A stretch of DNA of 64,000 nucleotides. Origin: Torpedo marmorata (taxonomy: Eukaryota). Below are positions 59,848 through 64,000 of the stretch, one piece after another (within the stretch, counting starts at the first letter, position 1; each line of letters begins with the position of its first letter). The stretch covers positions 17,484,001 through 17,548,000 of the forward strand of contig OZ360251.1 in NCBI GenBank assembly GCA_977017645.1. Direction: 5' to 3'. A model generated the notes under the pieces. The model was given only the letters and a program-made list of their open reading frames with translations, did not search any database and was not told where the DNA came from. The translations under genes were made by a program, and so were the position numbers.

Positions 59848-60772
59848 CCGTATATTTCGGCGTATAAGTCGACACTTGAAACCCTCAAAAATGTCTCAAA
59901 AAACGGGGGTCGACTTATACGCCAGATATACTTTTGAGACCTTAAAATCAGCTCAAAATCGAGTTCACGCCGATTCGGCGTATAAGTCGACCCCTGAAAA
60001 CACGATTCGGCGTATAAGTCGACCCCTGAAACACGATTCGCCGTATAGGTCGACCCTGGAAGCGCCTCCCCACCGCCGGCGCCGCCGCTATCCGACACCT
60101 ACCCACCGCCGGGCGCCGCCATAAACCACCCAGACATTCTACAATTGTAGAGCCCGAGGTCCCCGCTCCTACCCGGGAGAATGAGCTCCCCGCTCCCTGC
60201 TCGGGAGAAAGACGTCCCCGCACCTGCTCGGGAGAACGAGCTCCCCGCACCTGCTTGGGAGAACGAGCTCCCCGCAACTACCCGGGACAACGACGTCCCC
60301 GCTCCTGCTCGGGAGAACGAGCTCCCCGCTACTACCCGGGAGAAAGACGTCCCCGCTCCTGCCCGGGAGAACGACCTCCCCGCTCCTGCTCGGGAGAAAG
60401 ACGTCCCTGCTCCTGCTCGGGAGAACGAGCTCCCCGCTCCTGCTCGGGAGAACGAGCTCCCGAGAACGAGCTCCACGCTCCTACCCGGGAGAACGAGCTC
60501 CCCGCTCCTGCTCAGGAGAAAGATGTCGCCGCACCTGCATCTTCCCGGCCAGAAGCAAAGGTTTTTTTTACTTACCGGTACTTGCTTAATTTAAAGCTTT
60601 GTTACTTGGCGATTGGGATGTTGTAACAAATTTTGGTTTGTTGCTGGGAGGCCCAGACAGCATGAAATTGGGGGTCGACTTATACGCCAGATATACCATA
60701 AAACCATTAAAATGAGGCTGAAAAAGGGGGGTCGACTTATCTGCCGGTCGACTTATACGCCGAAATATATGG
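59848..60772. mobile_element. Non-autonomous Tc1/mariner DNA transposon (Tc2/pogo-like)
   Basis: 26-bp TIRs CCGTATATTTCGGCGTATAAGTCGAC (1 mismatch), TA on both flanks, subterminal motif repeats. Confidence 0.88.
60160..60520. repeat. 27-bp GC-rich minisatellite, ~13 copies
   Basis: Unit CCCGCTCCTGCTCGGGAGAACGAGCTC; it translates as a 9-aa period (PAPARENEL). Confidence 0.9.
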
Positions 60773-61091
60773 TATTTAACACCCATCCTGCCTCAAGTGG
60801 GCTGCACTATTGTTGTGAATCATATCTGGAGTTCAAACATGCCAAGGGCGACCACTCCTGCACAGGACTGGGGAACCACTGCAGTGTCTCTCTGGTCTGG
60901 GCGCCATTGTGGGTATTAAACCCACATTTAACCCAAGCTTCCAAACTACTAATCCAGTGGTGGTTTAACCATTGAGCAACCACCCTGTCTTTATTTTAAA
61001 CATCATGGAAAAGGATTCAACACTAAAATTCATTTCAAAATCTGAAGAAAACCACCATGCCTATGCCTCAAACTAAAATTTCTTCCCATTA

Positions 61092-62904
61092 AAAGAGAGA
61101 GAGAAAGAGAGAAAGAGAGAGGCAGAGGGAGGGGGAGCGGAGAAGGGGGGAGAGGGAGGGGAGAGGGAGGGGGAGAGAGAGGGGGAGAGAGAGGGGGAGA
61201 GATGGGGGGAGAGAGAGAGGGAGAGCGGGCGAGAGAGGGGGAGAGAGGGAAGAGAGAGGGGGAGAGAGATGGGGAGAGAGTGGGGGAGAGAGTGGGGGAG
61301 AAAGTGGGGGAGAAAGTGGGGGAGAGAGTGGGGGAGAGAGAGGGGGAGAGAGATGGGGAAATAGGGGGAGAGAGGGAGGGGAGAGAGGGAGGGGGAGAGA
61401 GGAGGAGAGAGGGAGGGAGAGAGGGAGGAGGAGAGGGAGGAGGAGAGGGAGGGGAGAGGGGGGAGAGAGTGGGGTAAGAGAGATGGGGGAGATAGGGAGG
61501 GGAGGGAGGGGGTAGAGAGGAGGGAGAGAGAGTGGGAGGGGGAGGGAGGGGGTAGAGAGGAGGAAGAGAGGGGGAGAGGGAGGGAGAGAGGAGGGGCGAG
61601 AGGAGGGGCGAGAGAAGGGGGAGAGGGGGTGAGAGAGGGGGAGATAGAGGAGAGAGGGAGGGGGAGAGGGGAGGGGAGAGAGAGGTGAGAGAGGGAGGGG
61701 GGAGGGAGAGGGAGAGAGATGGGGAGAGGGAGGGGGAGAGGAGGGGGAGAAGGAGGGAGAGAGGGAGCGAGGGGGGAGAGGGGGAACGAGGGGGGAGGGA
61801 AGGGGGTGAGAGAGGTTGAGAGGGGAGTGAGAGGGGGAGAGATGGAGGGGGAGAGATGGAGGGGGAGGGAGAGAGAGGGAGGGAGGAGGAGAAAGAGGGG
61901 GAGAGGGGGGTAGAGAGTGGTGTGAGAGAGTGGGGGAGAGAGAGGGAGGAGAGAGAGGGAGGAGAGAGAGGGGGGAGAGAGAGAGGGAGGAGAGAGGGGT
62001 TGAGAGAGGGGGAGAGAGGGGGTGAGAAGGGGGGAGGGAGAGAAGGGGAAGAGAGGGAGGAGAGATGGGTTGAGAGAGGGGGCGGAGAGGGGGGAAGAGA
62101 GTGGGGAGGGAGGGAGGGGGTAGGAGGAGGGAGAGAGAGAGGGAGGGGGAGGGAGGGGGTAGAGAGGAGGAAGAGAGGGGGAGAGATGGGGAGTGAGGGG
62201 AGAGAGAGGGGGAGGGAGTGGGAGAGAGGGGAGAGGGAGAGGAAGAGGGGGGAGAGGAGGGGAGGGGGGAGAGGGAGGACAGAGGGGGACGGGGAGAGGG
62301 GGAGAGAGGGGGAGAGAGGGGGAGAGAGGGAGAGGGGGGGAGAGAGGGGAGGAGGAGAGGGTGGAGAGAGGGGGAGAGGGGGGAGAGAGGTGGGGGAGAG
62401 AGAGTGGGAGAGGGGGNNNNNNNNNNNNNNNNNNNNNNNNNNNNNNNNNNNNNNNNNNNNNNNNNNNNNNNNNNNNNNNNNNNNNNNNNNNNNNNNNNNN
62501 NNNNNNNNNNNNNNNNGGAGAGAGTGGGGGAGAGGGGAGAGGGGGAGGGGGAGGAGAGGGGGAGGGGGAGGAGAGGGGGAGGGGGAGAGTGGGGGAGGGG
62601 GAGAGTGGGGGAGGGGGAGAGTGGGGGAGGGGGAGAGTGGGGGAGGGGGAGAGTGGGGGAGGGGGAGAGTGGGGGAGGGGGAGAGTGGGGGAGGGGGAGA
62701 GAGGGTGGGAGAGAGGGGAAGAGAGCGGAGAGAGGGTGAGAGAGGGGGAGAGGGGAGAGGGTGGGAGAGAGAGGGGGTAGGGGGAGAGGGGGCGGGGAGG
62801 AGAAGGGGGTAGAGGGGGGAGAGAGGGGGGGAGAGGTGGGGTGGAGAGGGGTGGGGAAGGGTGGGGGGGGAGAGAGGGGGGGGAGAGAGGGGGGGAAGAG
62901 AAGG
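61092..62904. repeat. G/A low-complexity tract containing a 100-N assembly gap (62417-62516)
   Basis: Almost pure purine on the plus strand; run of N. Confidence 0.95.
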
Positions 62905-64000
62905 ATACTGTCGTGAAATACTCTTATCTACCAAAGAATCCATAGTGAAACTTTGCAGCAGTTCTTATTAATTGAGTGGATACATCATGGCTTTAGGCCT
63001 TTTGCCCAATCTTCTGCATCAATCCTAATACAGTTAATGGTGGTCACAGGATGCCAATGAACCTTGAGAGGAATGAAATCCAAGGAACGCCATGAAGCTC
63101 AGATTTCGGTTTTTTAGGGAGAGAATGGACGAAGCGGGAGATTGCAATGAATCTGGTATTGGACATCCTGATAGTGGAGAGAAAGTGCAATCACTGCTCC
63201 GGAGGAATAAGTTCAGAAAAATAGAAATGACGCATCAATGCAGTGGAGAGACAAGGAAGACTCCAATAAAGTTAGAGTGGATTTTCATCTTCTTGTGCCT
63301 TGCCCAAGAGTCAAGAGGTGTAGGAGTAGCCTTCTTTCAGATCTTGCCAGGATTGAAGCCTTGTGATTCTTGAGCAATAAAGAAAGTCAACGCTGTGGAT
63401 CGGCACAATAGGTACCAGGAATTGTGGTGTTGGAAGCAAATGATTTGAGAGACGCATTCTCAAAGCTGCACGTTATTGCTTTAAGATGAACTTTCAAGAG
63501 ACTAAGTAATTGTGCAGAGATATTGAGTCACCCGCTTCTATTTGCTTTATAATTTATGTCTCGAGTTTTTACATGTTCAATAAATCTTCAAAATAGCATG
63601 GTATTGTTACACACTGAGGGATGGGCCATAACGGTGATTTTTCAGCATGAGTAATTTGACCAATTGTAATAAAAAAATTCAAGATATTTGCAATGCCTCT
63701 CCATTCACAGATGTGTCAATAAATGCTACTCATAATCCAAAATCAGCTATAGCTTGGTAGTGATATTACCTTCCCCTCTTCTTTACAATGGGAAACATTG
63801 TTCCTTGGTTCTGTGCAATCAGGGCTTCCTCTCATTGGGTAGTGAAACTGGCAGAGACTTTTCAGAATGCTCACAGACAATCAGTGCCGTGATACAGTGT
63901 GCCGGAACAAAGGTTCAACTTGTGGGTTAAAAGATAATATCACTACTGGCTCTCATCTTAGATCCAACAGGAAATTTCGGAAAAGCGTCTTTACTCAGAG

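Noticed and set aside
59959-60594. CRISPR-like array or PAPARENEL repeat protein
   Set aside because: No unique spacers and no cas genes in a eukaryotic context; the repeats are internal to a TIR-bounded MITE.
61030-62943. Pro/Ser/Leu-rich and Gly/Glu/Arg-rich ORFs
   Set aside because: Low-complexity purine tract spanning an N gap.

Overview
Vertebrate genomic DNA, most likely a cartilaginous fish (ray or shark, judged from HE1/V-SINE-like and HER1/CR1-like repeats); it is not prokaryotic. The window holds the last six coding exons and a probable ~4.9-kb 3' UTR of a SIPA1L3-like RapGAP gene on the minus strand (exons between 42940 and 22287, all GT-AG and phase-compatible). Bases 1-16983 are a decayed Gmr1-type Gypsy LTR retrotransposon (PR-IN-RT-RH order) containing a four-tier nest: solo LTR > full-length L1 > two truncated L1s plus a Rex1 LINE, with a second solo LTR further on. 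The introns are filled with L1, CR1, Rex1/Babar, Penelope-like fragments carrying minimal hammerhead motifs, tRNA-derived SINEs, Tc1/mariner MITEs and a 5.8-kb GA-rich satellite. The most striking structure is a ~2.6-kb intronic inversion, reconstructed from an inverted L1 target-site duplication and a ~500-bp inverted duplication. I found no convincing new gene system. Family names come from recognised motifs, not database searches, and repeat boundaries without a TSD are approximate.
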